Of a DNA stretch of 64,000 nt, positions 39,803-51,819 are shown in pieces. Each line of letters starts with the position of its first letter. Within the stretch, counting starts at the first letter, position 1. The stretch covers positions 47,306,001 to 47,370,000 of the forward strand of contig OX597824.1 of NCBI GenBank assembly GCA_951406725.2, in the 5' to 3' direction. A model generated the notes under the pieces. The model was given only the letters and a program-made list of their open reading frames with translations, was not told the DNA's origin and did not search any database. A program made the translations under genes and the position numbers. Origin of the DNA: Octopus vulgaris (taxonomy: Eukaryota).

Positions 39803-40170
39803 GGGTGCAGGAGTGGCTGAGTGGTAAGAAGCTTACTTCTCAACCACATGGTTCCAGGTTCAGTTCCACTGTCTGGTACCTTGGGCAAGTGTCTTCTACT
39901 ATAGCCTCGGCCAACCAAAGCCTTGTGAGTGGATCTGGTAGACAGAAACTCAAAGAAACCTGTATGTATGTATATATGTATGTATGTACTTGTGTGTCTT
40001 TGCTTGTTCCTTCACCAACAGTTGACAGCTGATGTTGGTATGTTTACATTCCCTTAACTTAGCGGTTCAGCAAAAGTTACTGATAGAATAAGTACTAGGC
40101 TTACAAAGAAGTCCTGGGGGCGTACTCCAACATGGCTGCAGTCAGATGACTGAAACAAGTAAAACAAAAG
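39803..40170 (+). mobile_element. tRNA-derived SINE family A, near full length
   Basis: A-box gtggctgagtggtaa, B-box ggttcagttcc, central ccttgggcaagtgtcttctactatagcc, internal (TA/TG)n and tail actgaaacaagtaaaa. Partial copies occur near 2210, 7655, 29520, 41190 and 41353. Confidence 0.85.
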
Positions 40171-41319
40171 AATATATATATATACATGTATATGTATGTG
40201 TATGCCTCTGTATTTATGTCTGTGTATGTATAAAACAGGCTTCTTTCAGTTTCCATCTTTCCCTGTATAAAATGTGATTGAATCTGATGATTACTATAGC
40301 ATTTAGATAAATTCAGAACTAATCCTAGTAATTTGATTAAAGATATATTGGAGAGATTATGCTGTGCCTGTTTTAGTAGTAATCCAAGTTTCCTAACCAT
40401 CCTCATGCAAAAGTATGTATTACAAATTCAGTCAGTCTCTTTCTGCCATGTTCTTTCATTTGTCAGTAACTCTACCACATAAACATGCTCTGATTATTCG
40501 TGATTAGTGACATTGCAGGTTCCCATGGCAGCACTTGTTTGAATATTATTTCTTCAATAACCAAGTTGAAGTTCTTGCTAATATCTCGTCATGTTAGGCA
40601 ACTAGTTATTTTCTTTCTTCTGAATGTTGTTAAAAACGAATATGCTAATCTGAACAGCATTCATGTCACATTTAATTACCAGACAATCATGAAACAAGCA
40701 GTTGTTTTTTTCTTTTTCCATGTTTGTATGTTTCTGTCTCAGTTTTAATGATATAAATTGGAATATTTGAATCAATGTTGGGAACATTTGAATCAATATC
40801 TAATGAATCAGCTCTACAGCAGGGAATGTTTCAAAATACATTTTCAGTTTTCATGTCTTTTTCTGTGTTGTCATCATTGTCTTCATCATATATACTTTTC
40901 CTTGCTTGCATGAGTCTGATGAAAGAATATTGGAGCAGATTATTCTGTGGCCAGATGTCTTTCCTGTTGCCAACCTCCACCTGTTTCCAAGTGATGTTAT
41001 AATCCCTCATTCTATCAAATATCAAGCACATCAGACATGCTTGTGTGGAGAACTGGAAATAAATGATACCGAAATAAGATCACACAAAATGTCAAGAAGC
41101 CCTGATATACTTTCGTAGTGGACTGCAAGCAAATGACACTTTTAGCAAAGTCATTGTTTAAAACCAATGAGCAAAATACACATGTAGACACAATGGAAAT
41201 TTTTCAGTTTCCATCAAACAATTTACTCATAAGGCTTGGTCAATCTAGGGCTGTTGTAGTAAACACTTACCCAAGGTGCCATACCATGGGAGGTATCTTC
41301 TACTATAGCTCAAGGCCAA

Positions 41320-41355
<36 letters not shown>

Positions 41356-41583
41356 CGGGGCTTCTTTCAGTTTCCATCTACCAAATCCACTCACAAGGCT
41401 TTGGTCAGCCTGAAGCTATAGTAGAAGATATTTGCCAAAGGTGCCATACAGTGAGACTGAACCTGCAACCATGTGGTTGGGAAGCAAGCTTCTTACCAGA
41501 GGAGAGTAAAGTAGAATATGGAGCACTCATAGTACATACCTATTACATTATGCCAGTTGATGAAAAAATATATATATATATAT

Positions 41584-44500
41584 CAGTGGCGTGCGGTGAC
41601 TTCCGGCGTTGGGCATGCAATTAATTTCATTGCCCCCCCCCCCCCCGGCAATTTTTCAGTAAGACATTTTCGTATTCCTACGATTTACATATAAGAGATT
41701 CTGAATATGCAGAATAAACAGGGAATAAAAAATGGCTGTGCAGAGATGATCCTGAAATAAGTGTATTGTTTGTATTATTCTTTGCTCTTCGAAACGTCAG
41801 TACTTTCCCATCCTCATTCTCCCTTAGAAAAGTCTAAAAATCATAAGTGAAATGTAATAAAGATGAAATTGGATTCTGTCAATATTTTTGCATATTCAGA
41901 ATCTCTGTTAAAGGTAGGAATCCGAAAAAAAATTTTCACATAAATTCGTTTTTCAAAGGGGTGCGATTCTGCATTAGCCCCTATACCTATCGGTTGAGCT
42001 GGATGAAATGATTTAATTAAAAGGACACATTTAGTTACATTATATGGCCATGGTTTTAGATCGTTACGCTCTCGAAGACAAGTCAGGTTCTTTATCATGC
42101 TACTTGTCAATTCCGGGAAGATTATTGACTGTTCTGAGACTTACTGAACTCCGTACATTAAAGGACTACGTCTCACGCACAAACATTGAAAATACACGCA
42201 TATACATGAATACGCACACAATGAAAGACAGCGAAAATTCAACATTGTAAAAAGCCTCCCAAAACTGTTGTGGCAGAAATCAACATCTCTGAGATTGAAA
42301 CAAGACACTTATTGAAAGTGAAACAAAACACTTATTTACGGCCGTAAATAGACTACACCCAGCAGCACAGAAAGGGAGATCTATGTAGGTTAGGTTTCAC
42401 AAAGAAATCAAAACATTTCTCCTGCGAAACAATACTGATGTAAGAAGGTCGAACCTTACGTTATAACAAACACTAAGCAAAACCTGTAATATATGCTCTT
42501 TAATATATTATTTTTTTTAATGTTTTAAAATGTTACTTAGCTCATTTATAAATTAATTCAATTCTTCGATCTTTCTGGGTAAATATATCTATCACATTTT
42601 CATAGAAATCTCTTTTCATCAATTCTTGTAATAAATCTTTTTCAATTGACATTAGTGCTAACCCAGACAGTCTTCTTTCTCCTGTCGCATTTCTTTGGTA
42701 TGTTTTAATTCTACTTAATGCAGAAAAGGATCGCTCTACAGAAGCAGTGGTAGATGGAATTGTCAAAATCAACTTGCACAGATTGAAGAGTTCTGGCATA
42801 GCTTCAACAAGATCAGTGCTGTTAATGTAACTCATTAAATGACTTACACTTGGTTTTTTAAAATCTTTCATTGAATACATCACATTGAGCTCACTTTGTA
42901 ATCGTATTACATCAAAAAATCTGCCATAAGTTGTTCTTAAAGAATCTAAAGAGTCCACAGGAAATTGTTTGCAATACTCATCAACTTTGTTGAAATTCAA
43001 AAGTTCCATGAATTTAAACTGTTCTAAGGATGAATATCGTGCTTTTATTTGGTCAACTATTGTACTTATAATTTTGTTATAAAGCGTTCTATAATGTCGT
43101 TGGGGATCAATAGATATATTCTTGGATCTCTGAATTCCGATTCCTGCATCGACTCCATATTTTTCCCCTAACCTATCATAAAAGACTGAAAAATTATCAA
43201 GTTTGTTTTCGAGTACAGTTCTAGTTTTATCTATTTGCTGTTTACAATACACTATGTCATGATTTTTACTCTGGAGTATGTTAAATAAGACGTCAGTAAA
43301 AGAAAAAATGTCACTGAATACCTCTAACAAAAATAAGAAATCAGGAGCTTTTAAAGTGTGTAAGAATCCAATTGCTGAATTTATGGTGGTATCATCCCAT
43401 GCTTCAGGATTTTCAATGATGTGTTCAAAAAGGCTGATTATGAAATTATAATTTTCCTTTGTGGTAATAATAAGACGTGAGGAGTAATTCCATCTAGTTG
43501 CTGTTGCTTTCGGAAATCTTTTTTTAACAATATTATCTAATGCATTAGTCCTTTTCGGTGATTTCGTAAAAAATGTACCGAGTCCGTTTATTGTAGAAAA
43601 AAATATCTTGCATTCTTTCATAGCATAGCATGATTGTGAAAGAACTAAATTTAGGATATGGGCACAACAATGAATAAAGATCGCACATTCATATTTCTTT
43701 CTTACTTTTGCCTGTAACCCATTTAGTTGTCCTGCCATTGTAGCGGCACCATCATATGTCTGCGCAATCAATTTGTTTCCACATTCCCACGTCTCAATGC
43801 ATTTAAAAACATGTTCAGATAAAGCATTTGCAGATCGATCTTCACTAACATCACTAAAACCGATAAATCGTTCTTTCGTCACACAGTCTTCTGTAACATA
43901 ATGTAAAACTGTTGACAGTTGTGAAGATGCTGAGACATCAGATGTCTCATCAACAAGAATAGAAACAAACTTAGCTTGGTCAATTTCCTTCTGCATCTCA
44001 TTCAACATAACTTTATGAATTGCTTCGATCAAGTCATTTTGAATTCTGTTCGACAGACCAGTGAAGATAGAAGCTGTATCTAAATGACATTCCATATGTT
44101 TGTCATATTTACTGATCAAATAAACGAGTTCTTTATAATTTCCCCGATTATTAGAGCCTTCAGATTCAAAATGACCCCGAAACGATAATTCCTGGAGGTC
44201 TAAAAAAATAACAACATCGATCAATCGTTGCAGAATGGATCTGTTTCGTTGAACTTTCTCATTATGCTGTTGTATGCTTTGATTTTTACGTGCATCTAAT
44301 TGTAAGTCTATGCGAACATTCCCGAATATTTTAAGGTCTATCAAACATTTTATATGCCTTTGAGAACGCTCGTGCTTTAGCATAGCCATATGTAAATTAT
44401 TTAAATCATCATAGCCTTTATCATTCCAAACATTTTTTTCTAAGCCAAAAAGTAAACACGGCCAACAGAATAATTTATTAAGAGCAACACTTCCAGTTAA

Positions 44501-45377
44501 CCATTTCTTCTTTTCATACGAATTAACCTGAAATTGTCTCGTGAATTTCTTGTTGTAGCTTCGCAAATTAGGTAAATTCGGTGTTGGTCTGCCACGATTT
44601 ATAATTAATTTTTTCCCATCGAAGTCCCTTTTAGAAAAACTAGTTCTCAAAATATCGTTTATAGCACACATTTCACTCATTTTAAAAAAGGCTGCTCTTA
44701 TTTAAGGACCCACGTGGAAGCGCCGGCGTAAATTTTAAGTCAATTTCAACAAAATGGAAAAATACCCTTTGTTAAATTAATTTAAGATTAATTAGCTATT
44801 TCTGAAATAAGAAATATAATATAGATATTTTTGCTTTCAAAACTTTCTAAAAATATGATAGTGCAAACGGATGTTTTGGATAAAAAATTTCTTACTTACA
44901 AGCGAAGGCTATTCCAACATTTCAGCTGGCTAAAACAAGAATTATGGGACGGCTCTTGTTCCGGTCAAAATAGCCAGAGAAGCGTGATATGCGATCTTAG
45001 AACAGCATGACACGCCAAACTGAATTTGTCGAATCGTTGAGACAGAAAGGGGTGACCATTTCTCGTAGCATATCTTTTAAACAAAGAAAGAGGAAGAAGG
45101 GACAAACTATCAAAGACAGAGAGAAGGGAACTCATGCTGTCTTCTCAACGCATGACAAGCGATAAATTTATCGAGTCACTAAGATAGAGAGAGAGGGGAA
45201 GGAAGGACAAACTAATACAGACAGAGAGGGAGTGTGTATCATGCGATCTTCTAAAAGCATTTATCAAAGCAGATGTACGAAGTGGAGACAATATTTCTAA
45301 AACAACTGGACGTATTTTCTTTCAAACAAAGAAGGCATGCAGCGCATACCTTGCATTGCTGAGAGTGCACGCCCCTG
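41584..45377 (-). mobile_element. Full-length hAT DNA transposon (Tip100/ZMYM1-like), ~3.8 kb
   Basis: TIRs cagtggcgtgc / gcacgcccctg (10/11 match). 8-bp atatatat on both sides within a (TA)n tract. Subterminal repeats at ~44990-45260 and one long ORF. Confidence 0.93.
42542..44680 (-). CDS. Intact 712-aa hAT transposase (TTF-type Zn finger, DUF4371-like region, hATC dimerisation domain)
   Basis: Uninterrupted ORF with WL...LFCWPCLLF...KHERSQRH, LSFRGH, NRIQNDLI, catalytic VDETSD / YDGA / SVERSFS, plus IHCCAH (CxxH) and TRWN. Confidence 0.93.
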   Translation of the reverse strand: MSEMCAINDILRTSFSKRDFDGKKLIINRGRPTPNLPNLRSYNKKFTRQFQVNSYEKKKWLTGSVALNKLFCWPCLLFGLEKNVWNDKGYDDLNNLHMAMLKHERSQRHIKCLIDLKIFGNVRIDLQLDARKNQSIQQHNEKVQRNRSILQRLIDVVIFLDLQELSFRGHFESEGSNNRGNYKELVYLISKYDKHMECHLDTASIFTGLSNRIQNDLIEAIHKVMLNEMQKEIDQAKFVSILVDETSDVSASSQLSTVLHYVTEDCVTKERFIGFSDVSEDRSANALSEHVFKCIETWECGNKLIAQTYDGAATMAGQLNGLQAKVRKKYECAIFIHCCAHILNLVLSQSCYAMKECKIFFSTINGLGTFFTKSPKRTNALDNIVKKRFPKATATRWNYSSRLIITTKENYNFIISLFEHIIENPEAWDDTTINSAIGFLHTLKAPDFLFLLEVFSDIFSFTDVLFNILQSKNHDIVYCKQQIDKTRTVLENKLDNFSVFYDRLGEKYGVDAGIGIQRSKNISIDPQRHYRTLYNKIISTIVDQIKARYSSLEQFKFMELLNFNKVDEYCKQFPVDSLDSLRTTYGRFFDVIRLQSELNVMYSMKDFKKPSVSHLMSYINSTDLVEAMPELFNLCKLILTIPSTTASVERSFSALSRIKTYQRNATGERRLSGLALMSIEKDLLQELMKRDFYENVIDIFTQKDRRIELIYK

Positions 45378-45589
45378 ATATATATATATATATATATATA
45401 AAGGGAAATGAAGAAAATGCTGACAAAATAATTTAAGTAAGGGAGAGTGTATTTAATTAGGTGAAAGTTCTTTTTACCGGTTGCGCATTTGTTATGCTTA
45501 TCAAAAGATATTTTTTAAAGAGAGATAGAGTTCCTTTCTGATAGATTTTTTCTCTTATCTGACTTTATGTTGGGTTTGCTGTCTCTTAT

Positions 45590-45860
45590 ATGTGAAAAAA
45601 GAGGCTCCAGAGTTGTTTAAGATTTGCTTGGTTTCGCGCCTAAAATTTCTTGTGGACAATGATCAATACAGTTTTGATTGGTCATTATAAAGGGGTCACG
45701 TGAATGTTTGAATGGAAGTTGGTGTTGGGGTAAGAAAATAGGCTCCAGAGATGTTAAAATTTGGCTAGTGTTGCGCCTAAAATTTCTTATTGGTCATAAT
45801 AAAGAGGTCACGTAGATGTGGTCATAATAGAGAGGTCACATGAATGTTTAGAATGAATGT
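45590..45860. repeat. Degenerate ~140-bp tandem duplication with short ggtcacgtg subrepeats
   Basis: aggctccagag...gcgcctaaaatttctt at ~45602-45652 and ~45740-45788. ggtcat(t/a)ata..ggtcac(g/a)tg occurs three times. Confidence 0.6.
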
Positions 45861-46500
45861 TGATGTGGGTGGTGTATGGAGTTTTCGAAAATAGCTTTGT
45901 TGAAAATTCTCATTGTTCAGGCTGGTCAGTAGATGTCATGTGGATATTTTAAATAGCTTTTTAGAGCATAGTTAAGGAGTGTATTTTCTGCTTGACTGAA
46001 TTTGAGCTGGATAAGTAAGTTCATTTAGGACAGGAAGAGCTATATGTATGTATGTGTGCATGTGTGTGTTTGTGTGTGTGTGTGTCTCTATGCAAATGCA
46101 TAAGAGTTAGAAATGATGACTTATCAAAATAAAGTTTAAAAAGCATTTTAAAAAACAATTTGAAAAGAATTTTATTTTGCTTAGAATTCAGTATTTTCCA
46201 TACAGAAAAAAAACCCCATGTCTTACAAGTAGTTTATTGATTTCTCAGAAGGACAACTCTGACAGAATTTGAACTCTGAATAGCAAAGCATTAAATTTGA
46301 TAACTTTCTGATTTCAGTGCACTCAACTCCCTTCATTTTTTTTAACTTCTCATATATCAAAACTACTAGCATGGAGGTTGACTCATTTGGTATCTTGAAC
46401 TGCCTGCACCAGCAAGTATCTTCACGTGTCTGTATCCTTGACTGATATATTGTATTTCTAAAGATGTTTCATCTCAGTTCATTTCATACTCAGCCTTTAA

Positions 46501-46674
46501 CCCTTTAGCATTTAATCTGGCCATGTCCTGCTCAGATATTCCACTGGTTTTATGTTAAAATTGACCAGATCCTACAATGTCAAAAATCTTGAAGCTACAA
46601 AATGATGCAATTAATTCAAAACAATATTAATAAATAAGCAGCACACTTGACAAAGAAATTTGAATGCTAAAGGG
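46501..46674. mobile_element. piggyBac-type MITE
   Basis: TTAA|CCCTTTAGCATT ... AATGCTAAAGGG|CTAA, a 12-bp TIR with TTAA-like flanks. Sibling copy at 61983-62201. Confidence 0.7.
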
Positions 46675-46837
46675 CTAACAACCTTCACTATGATTTAATT
46701 AATTCCTTTTTCTAAATGATAATGGTAATGTGAAAATCATGAAATTAAAATGCCATTTGATGAAAGAAGAATGCCTGATTTTAGGCTGGCTCAGCTTTCC
46801 TTCCCTCTGAGTTTGATGAATTAATTATCATATAGAT

Positions 46838-47033
46838 CTCAAATTTTGGCACAAGGCCAGCAATTTCAGAGGAAGGGATAAGTCGATTGCATAAACCTTA
46901 GTGTTCAACTGGTACTCAATTTATCGGCCCTAAAGTTGTCCTTGCCAGCATTTGAACTCAGAACACAAAGATGGACAAAATATTGTGAAGCATTTTGTCC
47001 AGCATGCTAATGTTTTTGCCAGCTCACTGCCTT
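46838..47033 (-). mobile_element. SINE family B copy
   Basis: ttttggcacaaggccagcaattt...tttgaactcagaac...gccagctcactgcc, homologous to 31580-31772 and 47720-47927. Confidence 0.75.
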
Positions 47034-48450
47034 AAATATCATATTTATTAAAAGACAGTTTAGAGCTTTCTAAATATACTGTAATTTATAAAATTTTTAT
47101 TCACTCATGCTAGAAAAGAATCATCCTGTGAGATTGAAGCAAGAAGCTATGCAAGCTTGAGATATTTTGCTTCTCCAAAAGGTATGTTGTCTTGATTAAG
47201 TAGTGATTAACAATTTGATGGGACCAAACATAATGAAGTTTGTTAAAAGCTGAGAATGAAGTGAACTGCTGTCAAGCATGTTTTGGAGATTTAGAATTTT
47301 AGTCAAGAAGACAGCTAGGTGAAGATACTAGCTGAAAATTCCCACAACATCAACCTCTTGAAATTACTTTCTCTCCCACATTTTTCCTGCTGAAGTCAAA
47401 TTACACGTTTTCAAGTTGAACATTGACCACATCAATCTCACCCAATCTTGGAGAACCTATGAAAGTCAAGGGATACACTTCTCTTCCTGTTGACTAAATA
47501 AACTTAACATTATGAATATATTTATGTAATATTTTATAAATAAAACATTCACCAAATACATTAGTATTCTGCAATGTTTTCTCTAATATGTCCCATCTCT
47601 AATTGTCATGTATGTATTTTGTAATATAAATGAAGTGAAATAAAAAGACTGCAACAAACAGTTGCTGGGAATTCAAAATGTTGAGTAAATAGTAATAAAA
47701 CTATTCGCCAATAGTAATAATTCTTTCTACAACAGGCGAAAAGCCTGAAATTGTTGGGGAGGAGATACTTGATTACATTGACCCCAGGGCTCAACTGGTA
47801 CATATTTTATCAACCCTGAAAGGATGAATGAAAAAGTTGAGTTCAGTAGCATTTGAACTCTGAATATGAAGAAATGCTGCTAGGCATTTTGTCCAGCACA
47901 GTAACAATTCAGCCAGTGTACCACCTTGATGCCAATAGTAATAACAACAATGGTATTTCATATTTTGTCGGTTGAACAAGATTTGTGTTCATTGTTGAGA
48001 TGGGAGGCAGACTTTGTTGGTTAAATTAGGGTAGATGACATTTGATTAGAATTAAAGAAGATAATAAAGTTACTGTGGAAAACAAAAGAGGGCTTGAAAA
48101 AGAGGAGGAAAGAGAAATAAGAGTAGATTCTTTTATTCATGTATTTATTTATTGTAGATATTTCAACCTTTGCTCCCTAATTTTACATAATAAATAATGT
48201 GTGTGTGTGTGTGTGTGTGTGCACATATATATATATATATATATAATATTAGGGAGTATAACTCCAAACTTACAGGGAAAAATTCAATTTAGTATTAATC
48301 AAATTTCACAGTATAAATATATAAAATATAAATATGAATTAGAGATAAAACCACTATGATACAACTCAGACAGTGATAGACATAAACCAATGCATAAATA
48401 ACAAATAATATATATAATTAATATATAATATATATATATACATATATATA

Positions 48451-48500
<50 letters not shown>

Positions 48501-48504
48501 TAAC

Positions 48505-48745
48505 ATGCAAGTGGCTGAGCACTCCACAGACACGTGTACCCTTAATATAGTTCTCAGGGAGATTCAACATGACGCAGAGTGTGACAAGGCTGGCCCTTTG
48601 AAATACAGAAACTACTCATTTTTGCCAACTGAGTGGATTGTAGCAACATGAAATAAAGTGTCTTGGCCAAGGACATGAGTTGCTGGGAATTGAACTCAAC
48701 CTTACGATCGTGAGCCGAATGCCCTAACTACTAAGCCACATGCTT
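48505..48745 (-). mobile_element. tRNA-derived SINE (third family)
   Basis: Minus-strand head tgtggcttagtagttagggcattcggctcacgatcgtaagg.tgagttcaattccc contains A/B boxes. The body is homologous to 29690-29800 on the plus strand. Confidence 0.7.
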
Positions 48746-48812
48746 GTTCTATATATATATATATATTGTGTGTGTGTATATATATATATATATATTTATT
48801 TATATATATATA

Positions 48813-49823
48813 TCATCATCATCATCATTTAGCGTCCGCTTTCCATGCTAGCATGGGTTGGACGGTTCAACTGGGGTCTGTGAAGCCAGAAGGCTGCATC
48901 AGGCCCAGTCTGATCTGGCAGTGTTTCTACGGCTGGATGCCCTTCCTAACGCCAACCACTCCATGAGTGTAGTGGGTGCTTTTTACGTGCCACCCGCACA
49001 GGTGCCAGACGGAGCTGGCAAACGGCCACGGACGGATGGTGCTTTTTACGTGCCGCCGGCACGGGGGCCAGGCGAGGCTGGCAATGGCCATGATCGGATG
49101 GTGCTTTTTACGTGCCACCAGCACGGGGGCCAGGCGAGGCTGGCAACGGCCACGAACGGATGGTGCTTTTATGTGCCACTGGCACGGGGGCCAGGCAAGG
49201 CTGGCAACAGCCACGAACGGATAGTGCTACATGCCACCGGCACGGGGGCCAGGCGAGGCTGGCAACGGCCACGAACGGATGGTGCTTTTTACGTGCCACC
49301 TGCACGGAGGCCAGTTGGGGCGGAGCTGGCAACGGCCACGATCGGATGATTCGCTTACTTGTCACCGGCACTGGTATCACAGCTGCAATTTCCATTGATG
49401 TTGATCGACTTCGATTTTGGTTCTGCTTTCTGATATCTGATTTGATTTGGTTTGATTTTGATTTTGATTTTCACTTGCCTCAACGGGTCTTCACAAGTAG
49501 AGTTTTGTGTCCCAAGAAGGAAAGGTATGTATAAGTCGACTGGCTACGTACTAGGTAGAGGCCACGGGTTATGGTCTCACTAGTCTTGCCGGGTCTTCTC
49601 ACGCACAGTTCGAAGGTCGTGCTTCACCACCTCGTCCCAGGTTTTTCTGGGTCTACCTCTTCCACAGGTTCCCTCAACTGCTAGGGTGTGGCACTTTTGC
49701 ACACAACTATCTTCAGCCATTTTCGTCACATGACCATACCAGCGCAAACGTCTCTCTTGCACACCACAACTGATGCTTCTTAGGTCCAACTTTTCTCTCA
49801 AGGTACTTACACTCTGTTGATTA
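48813..49823 (-). mobile_element. 5'-truncated RTE-clade LINE (ORF2 C-terminus, 3' UTR with tandem repeats, (ATG)n tail)
   Basis: VQERRLRWYGHV.KMAEDS...GRGRPRKTWDEVVKHDLR is a typical RTE C-terminus. About 6 copies of a ~62-bp repeat lie at 48976-49348, and the tail reads catcatcat on the plus strand. CpGs are retained (young). Confidence 0.85.
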
Positions 49824-49833
49824 TAGAGTGTAA

Positions 49834-49914
<81 letters not shown>

Positions 49915-49917
<3 letters not shown>

Positions 49918-50160
49918 TCATCATCATCATCATCATCGTTTAACGTCCGTTTTCCGCGCTAGCACGGGTTGGACGGTTTCGACCGGGGTCTGGGGAGCTC
50001 AGGACTGCCCCAGGCTCCAGTCTAGTCTGGCAGTGTTTCTACAGCTGGATGCCCTTCCTAACGCCAACCACTCCGCGAGTGTAGTGGGTGTTTTTTACGT
50101 GCCACCTGCACAGGTGCCAGAGGGGTCTGGCATCGGCCACGTTCGGATGGTGCTTTTTAT
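49915..50160 (-). mobile_element. Second RTE-type LINE 3' end
   Basis: (cat)n-cgtttaacgtccgttttcc...gctggatgcccttcctaacgccaacc, the same 3' end as 48813-48975. Confidence 0.8.
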
Positions 50161-50981
50161 GGGGGGGTGCAGAAATATAGGGGAGCACCAGTGGGAGGGG
50201 TGGTTCAGAGGACAGGTACTAGTCAAGTAGAACGTAGGATATCGAGAGAGGGGTAATGCATGGTGAAATAGCGTATTGAAGAGGGGGTTCAAAGAGTAGA
50301 CACCTATAATGGTGGTGGGGGGTGCAGAAATATAGGGGAGCACCAGTGGGAGGGGTGGTTCAGGGGACAGGTTCTAGGCAAGTAGAACGTAGGATATCGA
50401 GAGAGGGGTAATGCATGGTGAAATAGCGTATTGAAGAGGGGGTTCAAAGAGTAGACACCTATAATGGTGGTGGGGGGTGCAGAAATATAGGGGAGCACCA
50501 GTGGGAGGGGTGGGCACCAGTGGGAGGGGTGGTTCAGAGGACAGGTTCTAGGCAAGTAGAACGTAGGATATCGAGAGAGGGGTAATGCATGGTGAATAGC
50601 GTATTGAAGAGGGGGTTCAAAGAGTAGACACCTATAATGGTGGTGGTGGGGGTGCAGAAATATAGGGGAGCACCAGTGGGAGGGGTGGTTCAGGGGACAG
50701 GTTCTAGGCAAGTAGAACGTAGGATATCGAGAGAGGGGTAATGCATGGTGAAATAGCGTATTGAAGAGGGGGTTCAAAGAGTAGACACCTATAATGGTGG
50801 TGGGGGGATGCAGAAAATATAGGGGGAGCACCAGTGGGAGGGGTGAGCACCAGTGGGAGGGGTGGTCCAGAGGACAGGTTCTAGGCAAGTAGAACGTAGG
50901 ATATCGAGAGAGGGGTAATGCATGGTGAAATAGCGTATTGAAGAGGGGGTTCAAAGAGTAGACACCTATAATGGTGGTGGG
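50161..50981. repeat. GC-rich satellite: 5 units of ~155-175 bp with higher-order structure
   Basis: Units start near 50167, 50322, 50477, 50652 and 50808. Units 3 and 5 share an 18-bp internal duplication (gcaccagtgggaggggtg), and units 2 and 4 share caggggacag. Confidence 0.92.
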
Positions 50982-51309
50982 AGAAAACGACATCCGGTAT
51001 AGTTGGAGCAAAAATAGAGATATCCGGTATTGGTGGTGGGGGTGGGTAGGGCGGGCGCGCCGCGAAGAATCGGCAGCCAATTTCTATAAGGGAGATAGAT
51101 CTTAAATATCTATAACGATAACTAGTGAATTATACAGAATATGCAAAAAACGAGGCGAGGCTGAAATAGTAAACAGAGTGGCGACTAGGGGGATCAGAAT
51201 AATAATAATTAATAAATAATAATAATAAATAGAGATACGGATGAATTAAAGTTCAAAGATTTCTTATCTTGAGATCACTTCGTTTACGGACAATATATTT
51301 ATTTATATA

Positions 51310-51394
<85 letters not shown>

Positions 51395-51395
51395 T

Positions 51396-51819
51396 TAATA
51401 AGGGTGAGAGAATTAGATACTAATTTAATAGTCGTACTGGCTTTCATGGGAAACATGTATTTTCGTGGTTGAAACCTTTTGGATTAACTGGTGCTAGAGT
51501 GATCAATATAGTGACCACTCTCTTATATTTATATATATATATATATATTTATAGGTGAACATCCAATATGTAGACCCCGTATCGTCTAACCAGTCTTGCT
51601 CACTTATGTTCTGGCGTTTGCTGAATTTTCTTGAGAACAATCTTTTCTTAGTGGTCAGACCATATGGGGTCTACATCTAGCATATTGGATATCCACCGAG
51701 TGGTCATCCCTCTTATATGTATGTAAGATAATTTTTCTGAATCTTCAGATTTTTTCAATATGCTAGGCCACTGGTTTAAATTGATATTAAATTAATATTC
51801 AATTTTTTTACCCTTATTA
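51396..51819. repeat. Nested fold-back element
   Basis: Outer pair taataagggt / acccttatta. Middle pair gtgaccactc (51511-20) / gagtggtcat (51698-707). Inner pair atccaatatg-tagacccc / ggggtcta...catattggat. Confidence 0.65.

Noticed and set aside
48858-49534. Overlapping GC-rich ORFs and a CRISPR-like impression from the regular ~62-bp repeats
   Set aside because: Whole units repeat with no unique spacers, there are no cas genes, and the context is a eukaryotic LINE 3' UTR.
50304-51080. 258-aa Pro/His/Leu-rich minus-strand ORF
   Set aside because: It is a read-through of the satellite's C-rich strand. Frames switch at homopolymer length changes, it has no ATG start and no recognisable domain.
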